63,084 bases of DNA from Candidatus Sungbacteria bacterium RIFCSPLOWO2_01_FULL_54_21 (GCA_001820725.1 MHQR01000020.1:1-63084); one strand, 5' to 3'. Positions 1 through 7,554 are shown, numbered from the stretch's first letter. Numbers and translations are program-made. The notes: generated by a model not told the origin, from the sequence alone.

Positions 1-42
1 CGCAAAAAAATCCGCCTTCTCGGCGTTCGCATAGAAAAACTC

Positions 43-88
43 TCATAGGTTCACATAAAACGCTCGAGCGTATTAGATGAACCTATGA
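43..88. repeat. nested inverted repeat: arms TCATAGGTTCA / TGAACCTATGA enclosing the palindrome ACGCTCGAGCGT
   Basis: Arms 43-53 and 78-88 are exact reverse complements. Inner 12-bp palindrome at 60-71. Confidence 0.7.
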
Positions 89-105
89 TCTTGAGCATGA
101 AAAAG

Positions 106-130
106 GGCTCTATCCTGGATGGATAGAGCC
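106..130 (-). terminator. rho-independent terminator candidate downstream of the 159..371 gene
   Basis: 10-bp perfect stem GGCTCTATCC/GGATAGAGCC with a 5-nt loop. On the - strand it is followed by a T-run (complement of A100-A104). Confidence 0.5.
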
Positions 131-158
131 AAACTGCGATACGCGCAAAGAGCTTGTA

Positions 159-371
159 CTAGTCAATGTAGCGGATACCTATAACTCGGCTGTCCGCCTG
201 CGGATACCGGGTATCACTCACAATCCTGAACCGATTTCCCTGATAAGAAATTATTTGATTCAGAAGGATGCCGTTCTCGTTGGCACCAAGAATGTTTTCC
301 ACCTGTGCGGTAATGTGAAGGATTTCTCTTCCGGGCCACTCATGCGGATCAACACAAACGCGGATATTCAT
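159..371 (-). CDS. hypothetical 70-aa protein
   Basis: ORF with a strong SD (GGGAGGAATGTC before the ATG), a structured leader upstream and a terminator downstream. No family recognised. Confidence 0.5.
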   Translation of the reverse strand: MNIRVCVDPHEWPGREILHITAQVENILGANENGILLNQIISYQGNRFRIVSDTRYPQADSRVIGIRYID

Positions 372-480
372 GACATTCCTCCCTTGTAATGTTGCCGGTA
401 CTGCCAGCGAATTTCGCCCATGCGGGTTCGCGAGCAGTAGCCGGCAACCTTGATGCGTGAATTTTCAAAGACCTGACAAA

Positions 481-509
481 GAACGCCTTCGCTTGTGGCG
501 AAGGCGTTC
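481..509. terminator. hairpin, terminator-like (12-bp perfect stem)
   Basis: GAACGCCTTCGC-TTGTG-GCGAAGGCGTTC. T-rich on the + side (GGGGATTTTCTTTCTT), TTTG on the - side. Lies downstream of the - strand coiled-coil gene. Confidence 0.45.
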
Positions 510-674
510 GGGGATTTTCTTTCTTCGGTCGTTTACCGCATATCCCAATACCGCCTTCGCTGTGAAGACATCTCACGCATCATCATGCCCATCATCATAG
601 AGGGCATCATGTGAGCGGCTTGGTTTGTGGATACATTGGACATAATCAATACGTAGTACAAAATGGAAACCTTG

Positions 675-998
675 TCAAGCGGCAACACCAGCATTGCGCT
701 CCAGACGGCCAAGCCGTTTTTCATGATCTTCCACCGCTTCACGCATGTCGGGAACATCGGATATTTCTTCGTGCATGAGATCAAGGCGCTTGTTCACCGC
801 CCGGAAGCCATCATCCATTTTTTGCTCCAGCCGACGGACATCTCCTTTTAGGCCTCCTATCTCTTCCTTGACTCCTCTAATCTCATCTCCCATATCTCCG
901 ATTTGTTGCCTTACCCCCCCGATCTCTTCAGTAACCCCGCCAAAACCGCGCTTTACCATCAGCGCCAAATCATCAATAATCATTTGTTTCTTCGGCAC
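675..998 (-). CDS. coiled-coil repeat protein, paralog of 36018..36361
   Basis: 107 aa with repeated EEIGG/DEIRG heptad-like units and tail DGFRAVNKRLDLMHEEISDVPDMREAVEDHEKRLGRLERN. Aligns along its length with the ORF at 36018. Confidence 0.65.
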   Translation of the reverse strand: MPKKQMIIDDLALMVKRGFGGVTEEIGGVRQQIGDMGDEIRGVKEEIGGLKGDVRRLEQKMDDGFRAVNKRLDLMHEEISDVPDMREAVEDHEKRLGRLERNAGVAA

Positions 999-1390
999 CC
1001 GTCCAGTATATGTCTCTCTCCCGATATGTCAATCCACTGTACTTTTCCCCAGCCGCGGCCGCTTGACACCAACGTAGCGCCCATGCTACCATTCCAGCAA
1101 CGATATGATATCTGCTTACCTTTCGGCAAAAATAGCAACATGGTGGTGGACTTTGCACACAGCGCAAAGTCCGCATTTGGCGATTCGATAAGCAAGCAAA
1201 ACATCGAATCCCCCGTAAACGATCGTTTACGCCCTCTGGACTTTGCCGGAGGGTATTTTGTTTGTGTTGCAGGGCGGCCGTTTATCTCTGAGAGATAAAT
1301 TGCCGGCCGCCAGCACAAGGCGTGTTGGCAATACCGCTCTTTGACAATGAGAGCTGTTGAGCAACCCAAAATCGGTTGAAAGGAAACACG

Positions 1391-2461
1391 ATGCACGGCT
1401 TCATGTCTAACCCTATTCGCCCACTGGGTTCCGTGAGCGACTTTGTCGTTGACGAGTTCCCGCTTCTGCTCGCAAACGTACGGCAAAACAGAATGACCCC
1501 TGACGATCTCGCGCAGCGTTGCGAGGATAAACTTGGCGCCGTCTCTGTTCCATATCTTTTGGAGCACTTTCGTGGACACCATGACATAGCGCTTCTTGAT
1601 ATGCTATTCATGGAATCGGGAATCGTGCATTCCGGGGGAAATCCTGGCACTTTGCTTCAGAGCATGGTAGATCGCTCCGCTCAATCCCTTGGAAGAATTC
1701 CTGCAATGACGTATGAGGATTTAATTTTTGCCAATCCCAAAGGTGATATGCGTGTGTTCTGTGAGGGCACTATTGGAGTGTCCGAGAAGAAATTCTATCG
1801 GAATCAGATGCGCGCCGAAAGGCAACTCAAGCAAGCCGCGATATTCTGTCGGACGGCTATTGAGGAACTCGCCAAAGCGAACGACCAGGTTGCTTTGCGG
1901 GATATGGTATGCAGTACATTGAAGGCGGCAGCCAGCGAGACCTATCACATGGCACAGGGTGTCACGGCAATGAACGCGGAATTGCCGGTCGAGCATTTCG
2001 CCGTGATCCGGCAATATTTTGCGGCTCATCCGTTCCGCGGATTCAAGGGCCCCAGCGGAGTATTTTCACTCGGACTGTTCAATCTAGAATTGCTTCTTGC
2101 CGGAGATCGACTGTTAGCAAGCAATCCTGAGTATTTGGCCTATTATCTAGAGGAGAATGTACCGTATTTGCCGAGGGTCGACATGCAAGAAGCCAGAGAT
2201 CTGTATACAAGAGCCGCAAGCGGAAGAACCGTTTTTGCGCTTTTGGATAGGATCTCTGGTAGCGGCATTGATGCTGATCTCGCAGGCAAGTGCAGGGATG
2301 CCGCGATTGAGATTGGTCTCGCGATCCGTCTTTTTCGCGGAAATCATTACAAGGCCGTTAAGCATCAAATCCCCGATGTTTTGGCCGGATCTACGCCAGG
2401 CACAGGAGAAGCAGATGCAGGAAATCTACTGATTGAACGTATGAAAATCAGACACGAATAG
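1391..2461 (+). CDS. hypothetical protein with distant tryptophan 2,3-dioxygenase (TDO/PrnB) superfamily-like motifs
   Basis: ATG at 1391 preceded by AAGGAAA. FRGFKGPSGVFSLGLFNLELLLAG resembles TDO FR..LGPSSGFQS.Q.R.IEFLLG. LFRGNHYKAVKHQI...GTGEADAGNLL resembles WRFRH...V.R.IG...GTGGSSG..FL. Confidence 0.55.
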   Translation: MHGFMSNPIRPLGSVSDFVVDEFPLLLANVRQNRMTPDDLAQRCEDKLGAVSVPYLLEHFRGHHDIALLDMLFMESGIVHSGGNPGTLLQSMVDRSAQSLGRIPAMTYEDLIFANPKGDMRVFCEGTIGVSEKKFYRNQMRAERQLKQAAIFCRTAIEELAKANDQVALRDMVCSTLKAAASETYHMAQGVTAMNAELPVEHFAVIRQYFAAHPFRGFKGPSGVFSLGLFNLELLLAGDRLLASNPEYLAYYLEENVPYLPRVDMQEARDLYTRAASGRTVFALLDRISGSGIDADLAGKCRDAAIEIGLAIRLFRGNHYKAVKHQIPDVLAGSTPGTGEADAGNLLIERMKIRHE

Positions 2462-2472
2462 GAGAGAAAGCT

Positions 2473-3534
2473 ATGCCCATTCCTCGCGTTGAACTGACCG
2501 ATGGGTATGAAATTTCCCGCATCCTCAAAGGTGGGTGGCAACTCGCTGGAGGACATGGCTCTGTTGACCGCGCAGTAGCGATCAGAGACATGTTCGCCTT
2601 TCTGCAAGCCGGAATCACAACATTTGATTGCGCCGACATATACACAGGCGTGGAGGAGATGATCGGTGAATTTCGAAAGACGTTTCTCAAAGAGCATGGC
2701 ATCATTCCTGCGCAAATCTGGTTTGAACAGATGTTCAAGATTCATACGAAATTCGTACCGGATCTTGACGTACTGCCGCGCGTCAATCGCGCTTACGTTG
2801 AGAGTGTCATTGACCGCTCGCGGTCGCGTCTCTGCGTTAATTGTCTGGATCTCGTACAATTCCATTGGTGGGATTACGAGATACCGCGGTACGCCCAAAC
2901 CGTGCTTCTGCTCGCTGAAATGCAACGAGCAGGGAAAATTCGTCATATCGGAGTTACAAACTTCGACGTGCCTCACCTGTCTGAAATTATCAATGTCGGC
3001 GTTCATGTAATTTCAAACCAGGTGCAATACTCCTTGTTGGACCATCGTCCGGAAAACGCCATGGTGAAATTCTGCCTCGGTCATGACGTCAAGCTCCTCT
3101 GCTACGGTACCCTTGCCGGAGGATTCATTTCCGAAAAGTGGCGTGGCGCAGAGGAGCCGCAGGAGCCACTGGAAAATCGTTCCCTGGCGAAATACAAGCT
3201 GATCATTGATGAGTTTGGAGGATGGGAGTTGTTTCAGGAACTGCTCACTGTCCTTTCGATGATTGCCCGCAAACACGACGTGAGTATTGCGAACGTCGCA
3301 ATGCGCTATGTTCTCGATAAGCCGCTCGTCGCTGGCATCATCGTAGGCGCGCGGAACACCGCGCACCTCAATACACTGGCAAAGACGTTTTCGTTTGAAC
3401 TCGATCGTGAAGATCAGGGGGCTATACACGGCGTCCTTGATCGCTCGATCGAGCCCCGCGGAGACGTATACGATCTCGAACGGGCCCAGGGAGGCAAGCA
3501 TGCCTCAATCATGAAATACACCCTCAATAAGTAG
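2473..3534 (+). CDS. aldo/keto reductase family oxidoreductase
   Basis: GITTFDCADIYTGVEEMIGEF, HIGVTNFDVPHL, IIVGARNTAHL are typical AKR blocks. 353 aa. Confidence 0.9.
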   Translation: MPIPRVELTDGYEISRILKGGWQLAGGHGSVDRAVAIRDMFAFLQAGITTFDCADIYTGVEEMIGEFRKTFLKEHGIIPAQIWFEQMFKIHTKFVPDLDVLPRVNRAYVESVIDRSRSRLCVNCLDLVQFHWWDYEIPRYAQTVLLLAEMQRAGKIRHIGVTNFDVPHLSEIINVGVHVISNQVQYSLLDHRPENAMVKFCLGHDVKLLCYGTLAGGFISEKWRGAEEPQEPLENRSLAKYKLIIDEFGGWELFQELLTVLSMIARKHDVSIANVAMRYVLDKPLVAGIIVGARNTAHLNTLAKTFSFELDREDQGAIHGVLDRSIEPRGDVYDLERAQGGKHASIMKYTLNK

Positions 3535-3632
3535 GGGGTGAGTCGGAGGGGGACACCACCACGGTGCTCCCTCATTTTATTTTCAATAGAATCATACTTG
3601 AAACACCATCATGGATACGGTATTATCAGCGT

Positions 3633-3998
3633 ATGATAAATAATGAAAATCCAAACGACACATTCATGCTCTACGATCTGAAAGTAGATGTCGTAGCGCC
3701 GCGCGGGAACATGATCTGCAATCACATTATAGGGGATTACTTTGAATTGAAAGGAGAAAATCTATCCATCCCCGCCGGAAAAAGCTTCTCCATTTATGCG
3801 CTAGCCGCATTACTGCCATTGCTTCCGGCAAAACAGCGCCCAACGGACAAAAACGACTGGATGACGACTGACCAAGAAGTCGCATGCCCCGATCCCCACT
3901 GCGGAGCGCTTTTCCGTATTACGCGAACAAAAGAGCACGTTTTTCGCCATTCAGAAGTAACCGCCATCCCGCTCAAAGAGACAGATACATTTTCTTGA
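3633..3998 (+). CDS. TIGR04076-like small Cys-containing protein
   Basis: MLYDLKVDVV...ICNHIIGDYFELKG...ALAALLPLLPAKQR...DWM...VACPDPHCGALFRITR matches the pattern I recall for TIGR04076. Start moved to the ATG at 3633. Confidence 0.7.
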   Translation: MINNENPNDTFMLYDLKVDVVAPRGNMICNHIIGDYFELKGENLSIPAGKSFSIYALAALLPLLPAKQRPTDKNDWMTTDQEVACPDPHCGALFRITRTKEHVFRHSEVTAIPLKETDTFS

Positions 3999-4032
3999 CA
4001 TTGGATCACAGAGGAGTATCTTGGAGGAAACT

Positions 4033-4218
4033 ATGCTTTCGGATTCCCAGTTGCGCATCGTGACCAGCGTATTGGTTTCCAGCGGAGAGGTATTTCTTGC
4101 GTCACTGGTGGTGCCTTTTTTCACCAGAGAGTTCAGTCCTATTGCATTCGTTCTCGGTATTATGTTCACCGCAGGCGCATGGTTCATCGCTTTAATCATC
4201 GGTAAATATATTTCTTGA
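4033..4218 (+). CDS. small two-TM membrane protein (cassette copy A)
   Basis: GGAGGAAACT before the ATG at 4033. Two hydrophobic spans (VFLASLVVPFF, FVLGIMFTAGAWFIALIIG). Homologous to 36431..36625. Confidence 0.6.
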   Translation: MLSDSQLRIVTSVLVSSGEVFLASLVVPFFTREFSPIAFVLGIMFTAGAWFIALIIGKYIS

Positions 4219-4220
4219 GT

Positions 4221-4316
4221 ATGACCCACTTAGCCATCTTTTATCTTGCAGGCGCTATTCTGCTTTTGGCGATTGCCATCGTGGTATATCCCACGCTTCG
4301 GCATCGTTCCCAGTGA
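4221..4316 (+). CDS. 31-aa single-TM micro-protein (MTHLAIFYLAGAILLLAIAIVVYPTLRHRSQ)
   Basis: ATG 2 nt after the stop of the upstream gene. Hydrophobic core plus basic tail. Paralog at 4414..4512, analogous pair at 36632..36828. Confidence 0.5.
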   Translation: MTHLAIFYLAGAILLLAIAIVVYPTLRHRSQ

Positions 4317-4413
4317 TAGGAGCATAGAACAGACAACGCCTATCATGTTTCCGTATCCCTATGCTTGAGATGTGGATCTTCGCCATGACGCTGGCAAAAG
4401 ACATCCAAACAGT

Positions 4414-4512
4414 ATGAACCAACTCCAACTTTTTTATCTTACCATCGCGATTTTTCTCCTTGCCGTTGCGATCGTTGTCCACCCGACACTTCGCAAAAAG
4501 TCAGGGCGATGA
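4414..4512 (+). CDS. 32-aa single-TM micro-protein (MNQLQLFYLTIAIFLLAVAIVVHPTLRKKSGR)
   Basis: Shares FYL..AI.LLA.AIVV.PTLR with 4221..4316. The conserved reading frame argues for translation. Confidence 0.5.
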   Translation: MNQLQLFYLTIAIFLLAVAIVVHPTLRKKSGR

Positions 4513-4533
4513 TTTCATGGGGCTACCCACATC

Positions 4534-4561
4534 TTGACACGATGGGGGTATCTGATAAGAT
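4534..4561 (+). promoter_or_regulatory. sigma70-like promoter candidate
   Basis: TTGACA (4534-4539), 16-nt spacer, TAAGAT (4556-4561). Confidence 0.3.
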
Positions 4562-4688
4562 AGTCATACTGTTATGAATCATTGTATTTCGCCCACAACT
4601 TCATATTTCTTCGGCTTTACCTACTTTACCCAACGGAGTTGGCGGTCTTGAAATATACAGTGAAGTAAAAGCGTAAATGACCGGCCGA

Positions 4689-4712
4689 CTCCTCAAGAAA
4701 GAGGGGTTTTTT
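4689..4712 (+). terminator. terminator-like hairpin plus T-run
   Basis: CTCCTC-AAGAAA-GAGGGG followed by TTTTTT. Confidence 0.4.
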
Positions 4713-4933
4713 GTTGGCACATTGTCTTTTGACGCCGCGCACGGAATCAGTAGTTCCGCGCCCGACGCCAGAGGATAACAGGTATCCTGCTGGAGATCGT
4801 CAGTACGAGATCTTTGATAACCAAATAATCTCAAGGGGTTAAAGGAGACATCGGCCCATGTGCAGGCAATGTTTGATGCGCTCGGCAGATTAAGATTAGA
4901 AAACCCGACCATACTTCAAGTGAGGAGAAAGGC

Positions 4934-5140
4934 ATGTACGAGCACGGAGGTATTGAGAAAAATGGTGGAGTGCAGGAAAGGGCCGAAGAGCCGAACTGCC
5001 TTCACGAGGGACCGTATACAAGGATACACATCGTTTCTACGGGGGTTGTGACGCAGTTTTGTGCTCGTTGCGTGGCACAAGTCACGGCCTTTCATAAGCA
5101 GGCGGGGTCTTCTATTCAAAACCTTGGCCCGGCGGAATAA
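4934..5140 (+). CDS. hypothetical 68-aa Cys/His-containing protein
   Basis: GAGGAGAAAGGC before the ATG. C-x-H ... C-x2-C arrangement (NCLHEGP...FCARCV). Confidence 0.4.
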   Translation: MYEHGGIEKNGGVQERAEEPNCLHEGPYTRIHIVSTGVVTQFCARCVAQVTAFHKQAGSSIQNLGPAE

Positions 5141-5156
5141 CATTCAGGAGATTGGT

Positions 5157-5417
5157 ATGCAGATAATGTGCATGGAGCCGGAGAGGAAGGCCGCGGAACA
5201 TCTCAACAGCCAACGAGGAGCTCGTTCAACGATCGTTCTCTGCGGTTCTGTCTCCGAAGTGCTCGCCAGGATCACGGAGGAAGGAGGAGACCCATATAAA
5301 ATTGGGGTCATTCCCAAGACCGAGATTACACAGGATTTTCTCTTTGTTCTGGAAGAATCCGCAACTCTGCAAATTGTCTGCGAGTGGCGGCTTCCCTTGA
5401 GGGTACACCTCGCATAG
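5157..5417 (+). CDS. hypothetical 86-aa protein
   Basis: CAGGAG 6 nt before the ATG at 5157. A strong terminator follows at 5448. Confidence 0.45.
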   Translation: MQIMCMEPERKAAEHLNSQRGARSTIVLCGSVSEVLARITEEGGDPYKIGVIPKTEITQDFLFVLEESATLQIVCEWRLPLRVHLA

Positions 5418-5447
5418 GGTGTGCCGAAGTCATCTGATCATCAGCAC

Positions 5448-5483
5448 GGGAGTGTCGCCATGCGACACTCCCATTTTCTTTTT
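5448..5483 (+). terminator. rho-independent terminator
   Basis: 11-bp perfect stem GGGAGTGTCGC/GCGACACTCCC followed by ATTTTCTTTTT. Confidence 0.7.
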
Positions 5484-5497
5484 CAACCGCCAAGGGA

Positions 5498-5527
5498 TTG
5501 ACGCTTCTTTCGACTCCGTGCTACTGT
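5498..5527 (+). promoter_or_regulatory. sigma70-like promoter candidate
   Basis: TTGACG (5498-5503), 18-nt spacer, TACTGT (5522-5527). Confidence 0.3.
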
Positions 5528-5647
5528 ATCGTCATCATGAAAATCGTGCGACAAAGCCATGGTCTGCATCTCGGACTTCTCCTTACCAAGAGGGCGGGCT
5601 TTGTTGGAGCGCATCAGTAGATGTACAGAAGCAAAAGAACTCCGGCA

Positions 5648-5679
5648 ATCCTTCCCCAGCGCGGGAGGGATTTTTGTTT
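5648..5679 (+). terminator. terminator-like hairpin plus T-run
   Basis: ATCCTTCCC-CAGCGC-GGGAGGGAT (one G-U pair) followed by TTTTTGTTT. Confidence 0.5.
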
Positions 5680-5778
5680 ACATGGGCATCCGCGTGTCTA
5701 AGGCATGTGCGACCCACAGAAAAAGAGCACTCGTTCTTTGGACATCATTTCATGTTTCGCTGGATGGGGGGATCAGTG

Positions 5779-5958
5779 ATGGCAGATACAAGATTTCTAA
5801 ACGCCCTTTCAGACCAGGTGTTGATTCAGAGATTCAAACAGTTCAGTGGTATAGATCGCGATCTCGTCCTGCGTGTCCTCAAGCAAAGATTCAATAGAGG
5901 GTCATTGAAAGCTGACCTGCCGAGCAGTCTCCGTCAAGCACTTAAAGATAAGGTTTAA
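5779..5958 (+). CDS. hypothetical 59-aa protein
   Basis: GGGGGG-rich SD before the ATG at 5779. Only the last third of track ORF 5419..5958 is kept, because the upstream part crosses a terminator and a promoter. Confidence 0.45.
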   Translation: MADTRFLNALSDQVLIQRFKQFSGIDRDLVLRVLKQRFNRGSLKADLPSSLRQALKDKV

Positions 5959-5983
5959 TGTCTGATCATTACGGGTTCATCTC

Positions 5984-6018
5984 GGGCGGATCCTTTAATG
6001 GCCGCCCATTTTCTTTTT
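5984..6018 (+). terminator. rho-independent terminator
   Basis: GGGCGG...CCGCCC stem followed by ATTTTCTTTTT. The CCCATTTTCTTTTT tail is identical to the terminator at 5448. Confidence 0.6.
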
Positions 6019-6049
6019 GCCACTAACGAGGTTTAACCTCGTTAGTGGC
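6019..6049. repeat. 31-nt perfect palindrome (15-bp arms)
   Basis: GCCACTAACGAGGTT-T-AACCTCGTTAGTGGC read directly. It immediately follows the previous terminator. Confidence 0.75.
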
Positions 6050-6127
6050 GCTTGACTATTTTTATGCTATCGGACACACTAGTGCTAATAAAATCTCATT
6101 TTTTATTCACCTTTATCCTACTTTTTT

Positions 6128-6685
6128 ATGATGGAGCCGCTTAAGAAGAGCTATCCCACGCTCATCATTGTATTCGTCATCGCGTTTCTTCTGGGCTATG
6201 GGACATCGGCCAGGATCATAAACAAGAATAAGACGGCGGACGGCGGTAAGACCGCCGAATCCGCAGGAGCGGCAGGCGAAACCGGCACGCAGGGAGAGGC
6301 ACAGACCGCTGAAAATGCGGAGGAGGAAAATCCGGCATCAGCCCTTGCCCAGATTTCGGCAAGCATGGGCGGCATCAGCACGGTATCTGCCGACAATCAA
6401 ACCGCAGGGACCATGGTTGCCCTTACGGTAAAAGCGGAAAAGGACACGTGGGTAGCCATCCATGAAGACAAGAACGGCAAGCCGGGCAATATCCTCGGTG
6501 CGCAACTCTTCGCCAAGGGCACGCATACGGGCAACGTGGAATTGCTTCGCTCCACGACGGCGGGCATGAAATACTATGCCATGCTCCACGCGGACAACGG
6601 CGACAAGAAATTTGACTACGCGGCGGATATGCCGCTCGCGGCCTCAACCGGAGGCATGATCGCCGCAGAATTCATGGCGCAATAG
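6128..6685 (+). CDS. membrane-anchored extracytoplasmic protein, unknown function
   Basis: N-terminal TM (LIIVFVIAFLLGYG), low-complexity linker, then a beta-rich domain (WVAIHEDKNGKPGNILG...YYAMLHADNGDKKFD). Confidence 0.7.
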   Translation: MMEPLKKSYPTLIIVFVIAFLLGYGTSARIINKNKTADGGKTAESAGAAGETGTQGEAQTAENAEEENPASALAQISASMGGISTVSADNQTAGTMVALTVKAEKDTWVAIHEDKNGKPGNILGAQLFAKGTHTGNVELLRSTTAGMKYYAMLHADNGDKKFDYAADMPLAASTGGMIAAEFMAQ

Positions 6686-6750
6686 TATCTTCCATTTGAC
6701 GTCGAGAAATCCGGCTTCCAAAATGGAAGCTGGATTTCGTCTATACTCGT

Positions 6751-7554
6751 ATGCGACCCTCGCCCGAACAACTTTCCGCGTTCAAACGGGCCATCTGGAG
6801 CCACTACCACCGACTGGGCAGAACAATGCTGTGGCGGCGTACGCGCGATCCCTATCGCATCCTTGTTTCCGAGATCATGCTCCAACAGACACAGGTTGAT
6901 CGCGTACTGCCAGCATACACCGCGTTCATAGAAAAATTTCCTAATTTTGCCTCGCTTGCGCACTCACCCGTCGCTGACGTACTGCGCACATGGCAGGGAC
7001 TTGGCTACAATCGCCGCGCCGTGTGGCTCAAACGGCTTGCCGAAATTGTAATCGCCAAGCACGGCGGCCGTTTGCCGCAAGACACAGACGCGCTCCGGCG
7101 CTTGCCCGGCATCGGGCCAGGGACCGCAGGAGCCATTGCGGCGTTCGCGTTTCAAAAACCCGTCGCGTTTATCGAAACCAACATCCGCCGCGTGTACATT
7201 CATTTCTTTTTCCCCAAAGTAGCCGGCGTGCCGGACGTGCGCATTTTGCCCCTCATCACCGCAACCGTAAGCAAGCAGAACCCCCGCGAATGGTATTATG
7301 CCCTCATGGACTATGGTGCTATGCTTGGGCTAAAGAAGGGGATGGCCAACCCCAACCGCCGGAGCAAGAACTACACCGTACAATCACACTTTGAGGGATC
7401 GAACCGGCAATTGAGAGGCAGAATCCTGGCCGCATTGCTCGCCGATCCATCCCACACCCTGCCCCTGCTGGCACAACAGCTCAACGCACCGATAGCCAAA
7501 ATAGAAGCCGCCCATAACGCCCTTCGCAAAGAAGGCCTGATTCCTTACGATTAA
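6751..7554 (+). CDS. HhH-GPD DNA glycosylase, MutY/EndoIII-like, without the Fe-S cluster loop
   Basis: SEIMLQQTQV, GLGYNRRA and LPGIGPGTAGAIAAFAF present. No C-x6-C-x2-C-x5-C motif. The C-terminus looks winged-helix-like. Confidence 0.8.
   Translation: MRPSPEQLSAFKRAIWSHYHRLGRTMLWRRTRDPYRILVSEIMLQQTQVDRVLPAYTAFIEKFPNFASLAHSPVADVLRTWQGLGYNRRAVWLKRLAEIVIAKHGGRLPQDTDALRRLPGIGPGTAGAIAAFAFQKPVAFIETNIRRVYIHFFFPKVAGVPDVRILPLITATVSKQNPREWYYALMDYGAMLGLKKGMANPNRRSKNYTVQSHFEGSNRQLRGRILAALLADPSHTLPLLAQQLNAPIAKIEAAHNALRKEGLIPYD

Noticed and set aside
980-1582. 200-aa - strand ORF, and overlapping + strand ORFs, across the 999-1390 spacer
   Set aside because: No SD, odd composition, and overlap with the start of the 1391 gene. 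The spacer contains hairpins (GGACTTTGC...GCAAAGTCC, GTAAACGATCGTTTAC, TTTATCTC-TGA-GAGATAAA) and a TTGACA-18-TACCAT site, so an sRNA is possible. I could not support a specific call.
5419-5778. First two-thirds of the 179-aa ORF 5419..5958
   Set aside because: This part runs through a strong terminator (5448-5483), a promoter-like site and a second terminator (5648-5679). Only the SD-preceded 59-aa C-terminal part was kept.
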